A DNA stretch of 64,000 nt from Candidatus Latescibacterota bacterium (GCA_965219995.1 CBDCOX010000002.1:3104001-3168000); one strand, 5' to 3'. Numbered from the stretch's first letter, positions 1 through 10,581 are shown. A program made the numbers and translations. Notes: generated by a model from the letters alone, not told the origin.

Positions 1-215
1 ACGCTGCCTCGACGCGGCGGGCCTGAACACGAACGGAGACGACGAAAGAGACTTCGCGTCGAGGTGAGCGGTGGGTGCCACACTGGCGGAAAACTTGCCG
101 AATGTTTCTTTGGACAAATGGTGCTTGGCGGTGTATCTTTTTATGATGGGATTGTCGCTATCTTAGCCGAAAAAATCTCGGCTTCGGATCGAGAGGGTCA
201 AACGCAAAGAGAAAA

Positions 216-1322
216 GTGGAAATACGTGGAGGTGATCCCATGTGCCAGATTATGTTGGACGTGGTTGCAAACAACGAGTCGGGTGGTCACCCGACAGATG
301 AACAAGGCGCGGTACCCCTGCCCGCCGATGGCGACGTGCATCGTCGTGGCGATGTATTCATCCATTTCGATCGATCCGAAAGGTTGTATGACCATTGGCC
401 GACTCCGACCTGTATTGTCTCGGACGGTCCGTATGGACTCAGCGGATTTCCAGGGGACCTTCCAACTCCTAAGGATCTTTGCGACTGGTATCGACCTCAC
501 GTTAGTGCCTGGTCAGAACGGGCATCTCCTATAACGACGTTGTGGTTTTGGAACTCTGAAGTCGGATGGGCGACGGTCCATCCACTTCTGTTGGAATGTG
601 GTTGGGAATATCGGGCCTGCCATGTGTGGGATAAGGGCTTGGGACACGTCGCCGGTAACTCGAATACGTCGACGCTACGCAGATTTCCGGTTGTAACGGA
701 AGTTTGTGTACAGTACACAAAAAATGCCCAATTTCATAAGGGCGATCGTACGATGAACATGCAGGAATGGCTTCGACATGAGTGGAGACGATCAGGACTT
801 CCCTTCAGGCTGGCCAATGAAGCCTGTGGGGTAGTCAATGCGGCTACCCGGAAGTATCTAACGGTAGACCACATGTGGTACTATCCACCAGTTGATGCAT
901 TTGTTCGCATGTCCGATTACGTAAATGCCAAAGGAAATCAAGATGGACGACCATATTTCAGTATAGATGGCAGGCGGCCGGTCTCTGGTGATGAATGGAG
1001 ACGTATGCGGGCAAAGTTCCGATGTCCTGCGGGAGTAACGAACGTCTGGAAACATCCCCAGGTGTCTGGTTCGGAGAGAGTGAACGGAACACGAACTCGT
1101 ATGAAGTGGAAGTACAAGAGCCTTCACGGAAGTCAGAAGCCACTTAAACTCGTTGAATTGACCATTGTTTCAACAACGGATCCCCAGGATATCGTATGGG
1201 AACCATTTGGAGGATTGTGTCCTGCTGCTGTATGTTCGTGGAAACACTCCAGGAAGTGCTATAGCGCAGAAGTCCTCCCTGAATTCTACTTGGCTGCTGC
1301 TCATCGACTGGATTTTGCATAA
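216..1322 (+). CDS. Site-specific DNA methyltransferase, N4/N6 (beta-class-like)
   Basis: Catalytic-like IVSDGPY (DPPY variant) near the N-terminus; HGSQKPLKL and DIVWEPFGG (SAM-binding FxGxG variant) near the C-terminus. True start may lie downstream of 216. Confidence 0.8.
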   Translation: MEIRGGDPMCQIMLDVVANNESGGHPTDEQGAVPLPADGDVHRRGDVFIHFDRSERLYDHWPTPTCIVSDGPYGLSGFPGDLPTPKDLCDWYRPHVSAWSERASPITTLWFWNSEVGWATVHPLLLECGWEYRACHVWDKGLGHVAGNSNTSTLRRFPVVTEVCVQYTKNAQFHKGDRTMNMQEWLRHEWRRSGLPFRLANEACGVVNAATRKYLTVDHMWYYPPVDAFVRMSDYVNAKGNQDGRPYFSIDGRRPVSGDEWRRMRAKFRCPAGVTNVWKHPQVSGSERVNGTRTRMKWKYKSLHGSQKPLKLVELTIVSTTDPQDIVWEPFGGLCPAAVCSWKHSRKCYSAEVLPEFYLAAAHRLDFA

Positions 1323-2107
1323 TGGATGCCAATGCTATACCTCCTGCACCATTGCGCAATGAACCCACATCGTGGGAACATTACGATCTATGGTTGAGAG
1401 TTCAGGAGGCAATTCGGGCCGTTCCAGATAGGTTTTCAACACCAACGGTGATCGAAGGACTGCTTGTTACAGATATTTTCACGCTCAATACGCCTCTGGC
1501 AGCAACGATTGAAGAGCAAGTTGTTAAAACGCTGAACACGCTGAGACCAGTGTGGGACGTAAACGGGAAATATCAGACCTATTCGTTTGTTAGACAACCT
1601 CAGACATTTCCGGACGTAGTGCTCAGAAGGACCGATGATGGACAAACGATCCTGATGGGGATTGAACTCAAGGGTTGGTATCTTCTTGCGCGAGAAGGCG
1701 TCCCGACCTATCGATTCACAACAACGTCGGCAGCGTGCCATCCCTGGGATTTGTTGGTTGTGATGCCGTGGGTCTTATCAAACGTGCTTTCTGGTTCACC
1801 AGTGATCTTTAGCCCGTTCGTTGAGACCGCCCTATATTGCGCTCAACAACGTAACTACTATTGGCAGTATGAAAGAGCGGCCGAGTCGAATTCCACCATC
1901 CATGTTCCGGACGACGTTGGCCCATATCCGCTTAAGAGCGATCAGATATCCGACAAACCAGCGCATGACGGCGGTGGAAATTTCGGACGAATTGCAAGAT
2001 ACGGTATCATGAATGAGTATATTGAACGGATGAAGGCAACACGCATCCGAGGAGTAAGGGTGTCGGACTGGTTAAAATTCCTGGAATTGCACGCCGCGAG
2101 TAGATAA
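1322..2107 (+). CDS. Putative restriction endonuclease (PD-(D/E)xK)
   Basis: Overlaps the methylase stop (TAATG); motif FPDVVL...GIELKGW. Confidence 0.55.
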   Translation: MDANAIPPAPLRNEPTSWEHYDLWLRVQEAIRAVPDRFSTPTVIEGLLVTDIFTLNTPLAATIEEQVVKTLNTLRPVWDVNGKYQTYSFVRQPQTFPDVVLRRTDDGQTILMGIELKGWYLLAREGVPTYRFTTTSAACHPWDLLVVMPWVLSNVLSGSPVIFSPFVETALYCAQQRNYYWQYERAAESNSTIHVPDDVGPYPLKSDQISDKPAHDGGGNFGRIARYGIMNEYIERMKATRIRGVRVSDWLKFLELHAASR

Positions 2108-2360
2108 GTGCTACCTATATGGTCGTGCAGAATTTGATTAGAGAGTCTTTTGACATCCTCAGTCAACTTCCACAAGATGCCAGGAAACAGACTTCAGAAT
2201 CGTACTTTCATATAAACGATCCTGCACAGTTTTCGCCGATCTCGAATAGCCCACGAAGATTAATGAAACCCAATTTTTCGAGAAAATCAGCGAGTTGCCC
2301 ATGGCTAAGACGTACCCCTTCCTGTAAGTCCTACCGCGCGCGCCAGTCTCACCGTTAGAC

Positions 2361-5300
2361 TTATCGCGAATTCGATTCTTCCCCACTGACATCGAAAACA
2401 ACGACGGATATCCTTCGAGCTTCCTCATCGGAAAGCGTGGCTTCCAATCCTGCCCGAAGCTCACCGGGAGTACCTGGACGCGTCCCCGACGGGTCTGGCT
2501 GTGTGTCCTCTTCACCGAACCAGAAAACCAGGTAAATTCCCTGTCCGGCGGCAGCGGGTTCTCGTGTGTATTTGGCAATCAACTGGGTCCGTATCGCGTT
2601 CCAAAGATCGGGGTGGTTGTTCTTCTTGATCTCCACAGGCACGTTTAAGCCATCGTAGTTGACCCGAATGTCCGATCGCTTGTCGTTTGCGTAACGACCC
2701 TCTGGATGGGCGTCAATTTGTAGAGGAGACAGTTTGTATTTCAAATCGGAAAGCAGTGCGTCGCGGCAGAGTTCTTCATGTTTCGGTTCTCGGATCTCCT
2801 CATCAGAGGGTTTTTCCCAATATTGACGCCAGTCGGAGGTGTTTCCGTCTCGGATGTTCCGTCCGACGTCTTGTAGATGATCCGTCACGAGCGCAGCGAG
2901 GTCGGCGGCGTTGGCCGGGCTGCCGCTGTCCAGGGTCCGGCAGACTTGCTCGGGTTCCGGATGGCGATAGCTTGCGTCTCGTTGAATAACCCGTTGGGAG
3001 TCCCGCGCACGCGACAACACCATGTGCCATCGGGACAGATCCGGTTCGGCAAGAAGCCTTTCCAAAGCGTCACTTGCGTCTTTGCCGCTGGACTCAGCGA
3101 GACGTCGTATGAATGCACTAACAAGCTCAGAGCCCTCTGTTGTGGACGTGCTCCATTGGTCGTCCCTTTCGTTTTGAAACTCATATGGCCTGTAGTAGCT
3201 TCCAATAAGGCGAATGAAGACTTCCAACACCGGGATTTGGAGCTCAATATCGGAGAGTGAGAAGCCGGCGCGTGGAAACACAGAGGGGAAGAATCCCGCC
3301 AAGTATCGAATCCGAATTTCTCGACCTTGCACAAAGTCCGTTAAACGACTAACGTGCGACCGCGACGCAAGCACAACCGCTGCTGCCAACCAGTGCACGC
3401 GCTGAGTAACGTTCATGCTCGAAAGGGACAACTTCCGTTCAATCGATTTCTGAAGCGACGCTTTATCCGCATGCTGAATTGCGGCCCACAACAGATGGTC
3501 CAGCGTTTCAATCTGGGTGGCGTTACACCGCGTCGGAAATGCTCGCAAAAGCGGCAGGCTTGCCAGTCTTGCGACCTGAGCGTGTTTCGTGTCATGTGCG
3601 ATAACAAAAGGTCCGGAAACGTACTTCCTGCCTGCACGAAGATCGGAAATGACACATCTAACCATCATGTTGGCTACCAGACCCGGACGTAATTCCAGGA
3701 TTTGCTGATACCAGCTCGGACGGTTGGAACTGGCCGAACAGAAATGGAATGCCAACGCTCGCCGCATCTGGTTTTCATTGAGGTAACTGAGTTTTTCTGG
3801 TGTCGTATCTCCTATTTCAGCCATGGCCGACAGAAATGGCCAGCCGATGTGGTACACCCTGCCCTCTTCCTTAAGGGCGAGAATGTCCTCGACATCCGGT
3901 ATGTCTTCCCTTTCCACTACACCGCAAATCCCCTGACGAACTGCAGCAATCAAGTTGTGATCTCGTCCCAAGTCCTGCTTGATATCCCGGGGTCCCGAAA
4001 CACTGCTATAGTTGATCGAATCTGAGAAATATCTGGCCGCAATCTCTGTGAGCAGGGCCGGATCGGCCCGGTTCTCGCGCAGCGCAGTCTCGTTATCCCG
4101 AAGACGGTCCAACCACTCCTCCTCCTGGCGCCTCCTCCGATCGATGTACCCCTCTCCGCGCCTGTCCCGGTCTTCCACGCGATCACCTCGCGGTGCATCT
4201 CCATGACCACGTAACTGAGCAAGCCGCGTCATTAATGCCTCGTTTTTGCTCGCGTGTTTCACAAGCAATTCGATTGACAGGCCCTCGCAACCGCTCCGTT
4301 GAGAATGGCACTGCCAGGCGAGTTCCAGCAGATATTCCGCAATCTGTGGTTTCGCGCATGCCATTTCAACGGCCTCATTTAAACACCAAAGACCGAAATC
4401 CGCCGGCAGGGCGGCGCCGTAAAGGCGCTCTTGCACCTTCAGCGCGTTATATCTGAATTCGTCGGATTCGGGACATCGTTTAAGGCCCTCGACGAACACT
4501 TTCTTTAGGAGTTCGGGGCGGTCCTGAAGCCAGGACCCTATTTTGCGAAACGCGGTTTCGTCGACTTTGCGGACGCCGTGAATCTCTGAGAAACCTACGT
4601 TTAACCATCCGTAGAGTCGTTCGATATCTGCTGGCTCGTCAAGTGATAGCAGGCCACGAGCCAGCAATCTCAGCGGAAGGCGTTCGAGATGCAGGCGGCC
4701 TTCCAGTGCGGAACGCAAATCAGGAAGCCATTGCTGCATAGCATCCAGGAGTTCGACAATCTGCCGGTCCGAAGACCCTTCCGGAAGCACATGCTCCCAG
4801 AACCACCAGTACGTGCCACTTAAATCCGTTTCCCGAGTTTCGGACAGGTGTTCCCATATCTCCCCTGGAAGCACGTAACGGGGATAAAGCCGCGTCAACA
4901 GAGTTCCGAGAAGTTCATTGTCCGGATCGGATACACGACCGGCCTTTACGTCTTTTAACAGCGTCTTGAGAATTCGAACTTGGCGTTTTTCATCCTCGCA
5001 GCGAACCAATGCATCGAGTGCCAAACCATTTATGTCCGGCCAACGGGTCTCGTCACGGACGATGTCAAGCAGGAGATCCGAAAGATCCGGTCCTGGGGCG
5101 CCTTCGCGTAGAAACCGCAACACGAAATCGACGAACGTCTGTTGTTCGGTTGCGCGGCTCCGGTTTCTCAGGACGTCCCTCAGCGCGGGTTCCATATTGG
5201 GCGTGGCGAGAGGGCCGAAAGCGTCCGCGATTTCAATTGAACCAAGTCGCGACGCCTCGCGGTTAAGGGTCTTCAGGAGTTCCGTTTTCTCTTCGAGCGT

Positions 5301-6452
5301 ATATCCACTGATATCGCCGTAGAGACCGACGCCGATCGGATCACGGTCGATGAGTTCGCTTCGTGCGCTCTTTGAATGAGCGGCTAGCCAGGCGGACAGT
5401 CCCCTCAATCCAGTCACCACCGTTCCGTCCTCGCCCGTGATGAGCGAGAGGGTCCGCCGAACTGAAAGTCCGTCTTCGATCAGACGTGCGAGATATCGAG
5501 CACCAAGGAATTCGGCGACGTGCCGGTGAATCGGGGCGAAGCGGCTAAGCTCACTGAAATCTGCTTTGAAAAGTTTTGTCGAAAGCACGGACCGTAGAAT
5601 CTCTGGATTTTCATAATGAAATTCCTCCAAAGAGGGAAAGTCCGCGTCCGGATCACCGGTGGCCTGCGCGTACCCTTCTATACCAGAAATGAGCTGGACA
5701 GCGCAAAGACGCCCCACGGCGTCCAACAACTGGTTTGTATTCGCCGGCTGACTTGCAGCTATGTGTTCTACATTGTGCTCCCGAACCAGGTGCGAACAGG
5801 CTAGCTCAAAGGTTTGCAGGCGACTCTCCGGCCATTGTTCGCTACGTATTATAATGGTGACCAGCAATTTAAGGGTCAGCGGGTTCTGGAGCAGGCCGTC
5901 AATCCTCCGTTCGCTGACATTTTCCATGAAGGCTCGAGGATCTTTGATACCCTTGTTCTCCAATATCCTGACAGTTTCCGATTCCGTGAGGGGATCAAGG
6001 CGCAGGACTGTAACCATCGCGTCCGGCGAAACGGTCTCCAGGCGCTTCCAATCGTTGTTCCCCAGCCAATCTGCTTCCCGGCACGACAGCCGGAAGCGAG
6101 GTCGCCCCAGCTTTTCAAGCCGTTTGCGAAGTCTATCGAGGGGTTTGCGAACGTCTGAAACGCCAACCCGGACCTCGTCAAGCCCATCGACAAAAAGCGT
6201 CTTGCCGCGCCATTCGGGATGCTCGTTGAGAGACAGTTCAAGAAAGTCACGTGCGTCGACCTTGCAGGCTTCTTCTCCAAGGGCCTCGCATTCGGTCTCG
6301 AACGCGGTGGTCTTTCCCGAGCCTGGATCACCCAACAATACATAAGCCGGAATATCCCGAAGCTCGGCCATCGGTCGTGAATCTCTTACCTGAATCCATT
6401 TCTCGGCACCGGACGGGACGACTGTACACGTGCGTGGGACCATTGTTTTCAT
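2361..6452 (-). CDS. STAND/NACHT-like NTPase with C-terminal PD-(D/E)xK-like domain, probable defence protein
   Basis: Walker A GDPGSGKT, Walker B LFVDGLDE, sensor LSCR and NPL motif, then a long helical region and C-terminal EGRYANDKRSDIRV...PVEIKK. Confidence 0.75.
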   Translation of the reverse strand: MKTMVPRTCTVVPSGAEKWIQVRDSRPMAELRDIPAYVLLGDPGSGKTTAFETECEALGEEACKVDARDFLELSLNEHPEWRGKTLFVDGLDEVRVGVSDVRKPLDRLRKRLEKLGRPRFRLSCREADWLGNNDWKRLETVSPDAMVTVLRLDPLTESETVRILENKGIKDPRAFMENVSERRIDGLLQNPLTLKLLVTIIIRSEQWPESRLQTFELACSHLVREHNVEHIAASQPANTNQLLDAVGRLCAVQLISGIEGYAQATGDPDADFPSLEEFHYENPEILRSVLSTKLFKADFSELSRFAPIHRHVAEFLGARYLARLIEDGLSVRRTLSLITGEDGTVVTGLRGLSAWLAAHSKSARSELIDRDPIGVGLYGDISGYTLEEKTELLKTLNREASRLGSIEIADAFGPLATPNMEPALRDVLRNRSRATEQQTFVDFVLRFLREGAPGPDLSDLLLDIVRDETRWPDINGLALDALVRCEDEKRQVRILKTLLKDVKAGRVSDPDNELLGTLLTRLYPRYVLPGEIWEHLSETRETDLSGTYWWFWEHVLPEGSSDRQIVELLDAMQQWLPDLRSALEGRLHLERLPLRLLARGLLSLDEPADIERLYGWLNVGFSEIHGVRKVDETAFRKIGSWLQDRPELLKKVFVEGLKRCPESDEFRYNALKVQERLYGAALPADFGLWCLNEAVEMACAKPQIAEYLLELAWQCHSQRSGCEGLSIELLVKHASKNEALMTRLAQLRGHGDAPRGDRVEDRDRRGEGYIDRRRRQEEEWLDRLRDNETALRENRADPALLTEIAARYFSDSINYSSVSGPRDIKQDLGRDHNLIAAVRQGICGVVEREDIPDVEDILALKEEGRVYHIGWPFLSAMAEIGDTTPEKLSYLNENQMRRALAFHFCSASSNRPSWYQQILELRPGLVANMMVRCVISDLRAGRKYVSGPFVIAHDTKHAQVARLASLPLLRAFPTRCNATQIETLDHLLWAAIQHADKASLQKSIERKLSLSSMNVTQRVHWLAAAVVLASRSHVSRLTDFVQGREIRIRYLAGFFPSVFPRAGFSLSDIELQIPVLEVFIRLIGSYYRPYEFQNERDDQWSTSTTEGSELVSAFIRRLAESSGKDASDALERLLAEPDLSRWHMVLSRARDSQRVIQRDASYRHPEPEQVCRTLDSGSPANAADLAALVTDHLQDVGRNIRDGNTSDWRQYWEKPSDEEIREPKHEELCRDALLSDLKYKLSPLQIDAHPEGRYANDKRSDIRVNYDGLNVPVEIKKNNHPDLWNAIRTQLIAKYTREPAAAGQGIYLVFWFGEEDTQPDPSGTRPGTPGELRAGLEATLSDEEARRISVVVFDVSGEESNSR

Positions 6453-7702
6453 CGTTCCTCAAACCAGTGGTTTGCCGGTTTCGTCAGAAACTCACTCAGG
6501 CCGATACCGCCTTCTCCGACAAGCAGCGATCGATACGGACGAAAACGCTGATTGAATATTTCCATTCCACGAGAAGTCAGGTTCTTCATACCGCTCTTGA
6601 CCTCGATGGCAATGATGCGGGGACCGCGATGCAGGACGAAGTCGACTTCGTGGGAACCTTCCCGCCAGTAGTATAGTCGAGTGTCCGGCGTCGCGGTGTT
6701 GAACAGATGTGCGCCAACCGCGCTCTCGACAATCCGTCCCCAGAATGAGCGGTCGGCCTGTGCTTCGTTGAGTGTGTACCCCGAAGCAGCCGTCATCAGG
6801 GCGGTGTTGAGCACGTTGAGCTTTGGGCTCGAGGCTCTTCGCCGATGCATTCGGCTGGCATACTTGGGCAAGCCAGTGAGCAACCCGGCGATCGAAAGTA
6901 ACTCCAGGTACCGGGAGAGTGTCGTGGTATTTCCTGCGTCCTGAAGATGACCCAGCATTTTGGTGTACGAAAGGATTTGTCCTGAGTAGGTGGCTCCCAG
7001 TTCGAAAAGCCGTTTCAACAGGGCCGGCTTATCGACACGGGTCATGGCGAGAATGTCCCGCTCGATGTTCGGCTCAATGAGGCCCCCGAGGATGTAGTTT
7101 CGCCACCTGACGGAGTTTCGAACCAAACGTGCGGCGCCAGGATAACCGCCGAAGTAGGAATACTTACGCAAATCGAAATCGAACGCCTCGACCATTTCAG
7201 CGAACGACCAATGCCTGACGTGGATGGGCTCGAAACGGCCGGCGAGGCTTTCGCTCAAACCCGATTGCATCAGCAGGGGCGCCGAACCAAGAATCACCAC
7301 GTGCAGGGGACAGCCGTTGGCGCGATCCGCGTCCCACAGGCCCTTCACCGTGTCTGACCACTGCGGAATCTTCTGAATCTCGTCGATCGCGAGCACAAAG
7401 CCGCGTCCGAATCGTTCGGCCTCCTGTCGGGCTTCTTCCCAGTTGTTCACCAGCCACGTCGTGTCACGCACCGGTTCCAAAGGGAGGGTAGATACGACAG
7501 TATCTGGAAAAGCGCGACGTTCATTGTTATGGTGTTCGTCCACGGAGACGTAGCGACTGTCGAGGTCAATCTGCTGGAGCGCCTGGCGCACGATGGTCGT
7601 CTTGCCGGTCTGACGGGGTCCGAAGAGGGTGATGATATGATGTGGCTCCTCGCCCAATCGGTCCATGAGCGTATTCACTTGATCACGCTGGAAGTATTTC
7701 AT
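6449..7702 (-). CDS. AAA_14 family ATPase with DUF4143-type C-terminus
   Basis: GPRQTGKTT, IDEIQ, LGS, LAGR, GGYP and C-terminal EVDFV...IEVKSG; ATGA overlap with the STAND gene. Confidence 0.9.
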   Translation of the reverse strand: MKYFQRDQVNTLMDRLGEEPHHIITLFGPRQTGKTTIVRQALQQIDLDSRYVSVDEHHNNERRAFPDTVVSTLPLEPVRDTTWLVNNWEEARQEAERFGRGFVLAIDEIQKIPQWSDTVKGLWDADRANGCPLHVVILGSAPLLMQSGLSESLAGRFEPIHVRHWSFAEMVEAFDFDLRKYSYFGGYPGAARLVRNSVRWRNYILGGLIEPNIERDILAMTRVDKPALLKRLFELGATYSGQILSYTKMLGHLQDAGNTTTLSRYLELLSIAGLLTGLPKYASRMHRRRASSPKLNVLNTALMTAASGYTLNEAQADRSFWGRIVESAVGAHLFNTATPDTRLYYWREGSHEVDFVLHRGPRIIAIEVKSGMKNLTSRGMEIFNQRFRPYRSLLVGEGGIGLSEFLTKPANHWFEER

Positions 7703-7708
7703 ATCGGT

Positions 7709-7737
7709 AATTTACTCTATTGAGTAAATTTAGTCAA
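7709..7737 (-). promoter_or_regulatory. Sigma70-like promoter containing an operator-like palindrome
   Basis: Minus strand reads TTGACT-17 nt-TAAATT-6 nt-ATG; perfect inverted repeat AATTTACTC-tatt-GAGTAAATT at 7709-7730. Confidence 0.55.
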
Positions 7738-7914
7738 GAGCATAATTGCACCTGTCGCGACGGGATCTTTACCCGGGATAGGGAGGACTATTCACGCGGC
7801 TGCACACGGTACACGCGCAAAAAACGGGATGCGCGAAGGTGTGTGTTCCTTCGGGCATCCCGATTGCGTTTTTCTGCCTATGGCAGCGTGACTACGGGAA
7901 TGTGATGCGAGTCT

Positions 7915-9381
7915 TCACTTCAGCCGGCGCCGCATGGGGCGCCTGGGCGAGGGCGCGGCGGAGCGGATCTCCCGGATGAATTCGGCCGCGGCGTCGCGGT
8001 AGGTCTCGAACGGGTCCTGCAGGCTCAGATGGCTCTCGTTCTCCAGGTAGACCGAGTCCCAATCCACAATATACCGCATCCGGTTCTCCGACAGGGCCCT
8101 GATCACGTCGGACCGGCCCCGCGCCCGCGTGTCGGCGGGCGGTTCGTCTCCCGCGCGGGCGATCTGCTCCTCCGTTAAGATGCGGTGCGTCATCCCTTTG
8201 TGCTCCAGGTCCAGGTAGAACCCCCGGTTGGGATCGATATTGTGATACTCCAGGTCCAGGCTCTGGAGCCACGGATCGTTCCAATCCACGCCTTCCGACT
8301 GCACGAACATCTCCAGCATCCACTTCTTGGCCACCCAGTCCAGCCGGTCCTTCAGCTCCATCGGGTCCCGCTCAAGCGCGTCCAGGGTCTGCTCCCATTC
8401 GGCCAGCACCCAGTCCGACTCCTCGTCCATGCCCCGCAGATGGCGCTGTGCCAGATCCAGGTACCGGCGCTGGATATCCACCGCCGAGACCGGCCTGCCG
8501 TTCTTGCGCTCCAGAATCCATTTGTGGGTGGGATCCCGTGAAATCTCCTTCAACGCCCAGACCGGATCACCCAGTCCCACGTCCTGCGGAAATACCTTGA
8601 GTTCAAGCAGATTCAACACCATCGCGGTGGTTCCCACCTTCAACGCGGTGGCGTACTCCGACATATTCGAATCGCCCATCAGCAGGTGCAGCCTGCGGTA
8701 CTTGTTGTAGTCGGCCAGCGGTTCGTCGCGGGTATTGATAATTGCCCGGGAGAACTGAATCCACTGGTAGATCTCCGTGACAATGTGGTCCGCGCGTTGT
8801 GAAATCTGAAAGGCGACGGGGTCTTCGTGACCGACGTCTTCGACCTCGTCCCGGCCATAGTAATAGAAGCTGTCATCGTAGCTGCCCACACGGCCGGCGC
8901 CGCTGTAGATCTGCCGAGTTACCAGAAACGGCAGCAGCGCCGGTATCACCACCATGGAAAACGGCACGTTTCTCCGAATCAGGTAGTTCTCGTGGCAGCC
9001 GAACGTAGCGCCGGTATAATGGTCGATATTGTTTTTGAGAAACGAAGCCTCTTTCGCAAGCCCCAGGGATCGAAGCGAACGCTGCAGAATCCGTTCTCCC
9101 GCGCGGTCGGAGGCGACCAGGTCGAACAGGCTCTTGCATTCGGGCGTGGTATATTCGATATGCCCCATGTCGATATAGACCCTGCCGGAATTGAACAGAA
9201 AACCGCCGTTTCCCGGCGGTTCGTCCCGTCCCCGATAGTGGATGTCGACAATCCCCTTGCGCTCGGTGTGGAAGACATGGTCCTTTACCTTCACCGTGAT
9301 GGCATCCGGGCTGACGAAGCCCTCGTGCTCCGGCGCCATGCACCCGTATTCGGTTTCCAGACCGAAAATGCGACGTTCCAT
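7915..9381 (-). CDS. pafA: Pup/UBact-protein ligase, PafA family
   Basis: RIFGLETEYG, NGGFLFNSGRVYIDMGHIEY, TFGCHENY, INTRDEPLAD, RRLHLL. Confidence 0.88.
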   Translation of the reverse strand: MERRIFGLETEYGCMAPEHEGFVSPDAITVKVKDHVFHTERKGIVDIHYRGRDEPPGNGGFLFNSGRVYIDMGHIEYTTPECKSLFDLVASDRAGERILQRSLRSLGLAKEASFLKNNIDHYTGATFGCHENYLIRRNVPFSMVVIPALLPFLVTRQIYSGAGRVGSYDDSFYYYGRDEVEDVGHEDPVAFQISQRADHIVTEIYQWIQFSRAIINTRDEPLADYNKYRRLHLLMGDSNMSEYATALKVGTTAMVLNLLELKVFPQDVGLGDPVWALKEISRDPTHKWILERKNGRPVSAVDIQRRYLDLAQRHLRGMDEESDWVLAEWEQTLDALERDPMELKDRLDWVAKKWMLEMFVQSEGVDWNDPWLQSLDLEYHNIDPNRGFYLDLEHKGMTHRILTEEQIARAGDEPPADTRARGRSDVIRALSENRMRYIVDWDSVYLENESHLSLQDPFETYRDAAAEFIREIRSAAPSPRRPMRRRLK

Positions 9382-9419
9382 TGCGGGTCCTTACATGACT
9401 CCGAAATTCAGAAGCCGAT

Positions 9420-9455
9420 CAGGATTCACGGGATTAGCAGGATTAAACAGGATTA
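9420..9455. repeat. Short tandem CAGGATT/GGGATT 9-mer repeats
   Basis: caggattcacgggattagcaggattaaacaggatta. Confidence 0.6.
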
Positions 9456-9568
9456 GAAACCAAGAGCAGGAGGAATGTTCACTGTTCAGGGTCATTGCCC
9501 CAAGTCCGTCAGCCAGAGGAAGCGCATCGTCACTCTGACCAACCCGATGCCACAATTCAGGGATTGAT

Positions 9569-9685
9569 GCGTGGTCATTGAGCTTGTCGAAATGCCCGCG
9601 TCTTGTAAACCCTTTGGTGCGTCAGGGTGCACTGCCCGAAACCCTTCGCCGACCCTTCGACAGGCTCAGGGAGCGACTCAGGGTG
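9569..9685. repeat. REP-like hairpin family 2 (TGAGCTTGTCGAAATGCCCGC / CCCTTCGACAGGCTCAGGG)
   Basis: The same motifs recur, inverted, at 61995-62135 and 62540-62712 around the GIY-YIG gene. Confidence 0.75.
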
Positions 9686-9801
9686 GAGACACGATTTCGT
9701 GAGTTGTCTGCGTTTCGCTTGATGAACGATGCGGACAAGGCGACTCGGCGGCGGGTTCAGACATTCGGTTTTCGGAAGAGTAAACCCGGACCGTCCGGCG
9801 T

Positions 9802-10581
9802 TCAGCGATACGGCTTGATCACGGGCTGTATTTCTCTATTCCCAAGAACGCGACAGGGGCGTTTGTCCGCGCCTGACCGGTCGAAAACCACGGCCTCAAC
9901 CTCTGCCGATTCCAACGCGGCCTTCAGGATGGCCTGCAGGTCCGCCTCGCCGGCCAGCCGTTCCAACTCGGACAGCTCCTGTGGAATCTCTTCCAGGGTT
10001 CCAACGAACCGCCCAGCCGCCCAGGCCTCCAGCGCGGCTTTCAACGCGTTCCGCAGGTTGAGGCGCCCGGTTTCCGGCAAGTAGCTCCGCATCAACCCGT
10101 CCGCTTCCGGTATCTCGCCCACAACGCCGCGACCTGCGTATTTCTGAAACGCGCCGTCGTAGTCCACGGTATAAAAGACAGCGCCTTCCTCCGACACATC
10201 GAGCTCCAGCATCAGGACCCGCACGATATACGGCGACCGGAACACCTCGTCGAACGCCGTCTTGACCGCGGGACCCAGGCCGAAGTGCACGATCTGCTGC
10301 AGGTTCACGTCCTGCTCGGAGTAATTGAACCCGATCACCGACGCCAAGTCCACGGCGGACTGCCGCAGCTTCTCGATGTCGGCGGGATGCCCGAGCGCCG
10401 CCATGCCGATGCGGTCGTACACCTCGAAGATCTTCTGCTGGCCCTGTCCCAGCGTGAGGAGCAGCGCGCCGTCGCGGTACGCCAGGCCCACGACCGGGCT
10501 GCCGCCCCGGAGCTGGTCTTCGATGTAGTCCCGCCGGTTGGCAACCGCGTCGGCCCATCGATAGGGTTCGTCCAGCATCAT
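9802..10581 (-). CDS. prcA: 20S proteasome alpha subunit
   Basis: GSPVVGLAYRDGALL, KIFEVYDRIGMAALG; follows prcB. Confidence 0.9.
   Translation of the reverse strand: MMLDEPYRWADAVANRRDYIEDQLRGGSPVVGLAYRDGALLLTLGQGQQKIFEVYDRIGMAALGHPADIEKLRQSAVDLASVIGFNYSEQDVNLQQIVHFGLGPAVKTAFDEVFRSPYIVRVLMLELDVSEEGAVFYTVDYDGAFQKYAGRGVVGEIPEADGLMRSYLPETGRLNLRNALKAALEAWAAGRFVGTLEEIPQELSELERLAGEADLQAILKAALESAEVEAVVFDRSGADKRPCRVLGNREIQPVIKPYR

Noticed and set aside
2110-2360. Possible toxin remnant between the nuclease and STAND genes
   Set aside because: Only a short LADFLEKLGF-like stretch in one frame, too weak to call.
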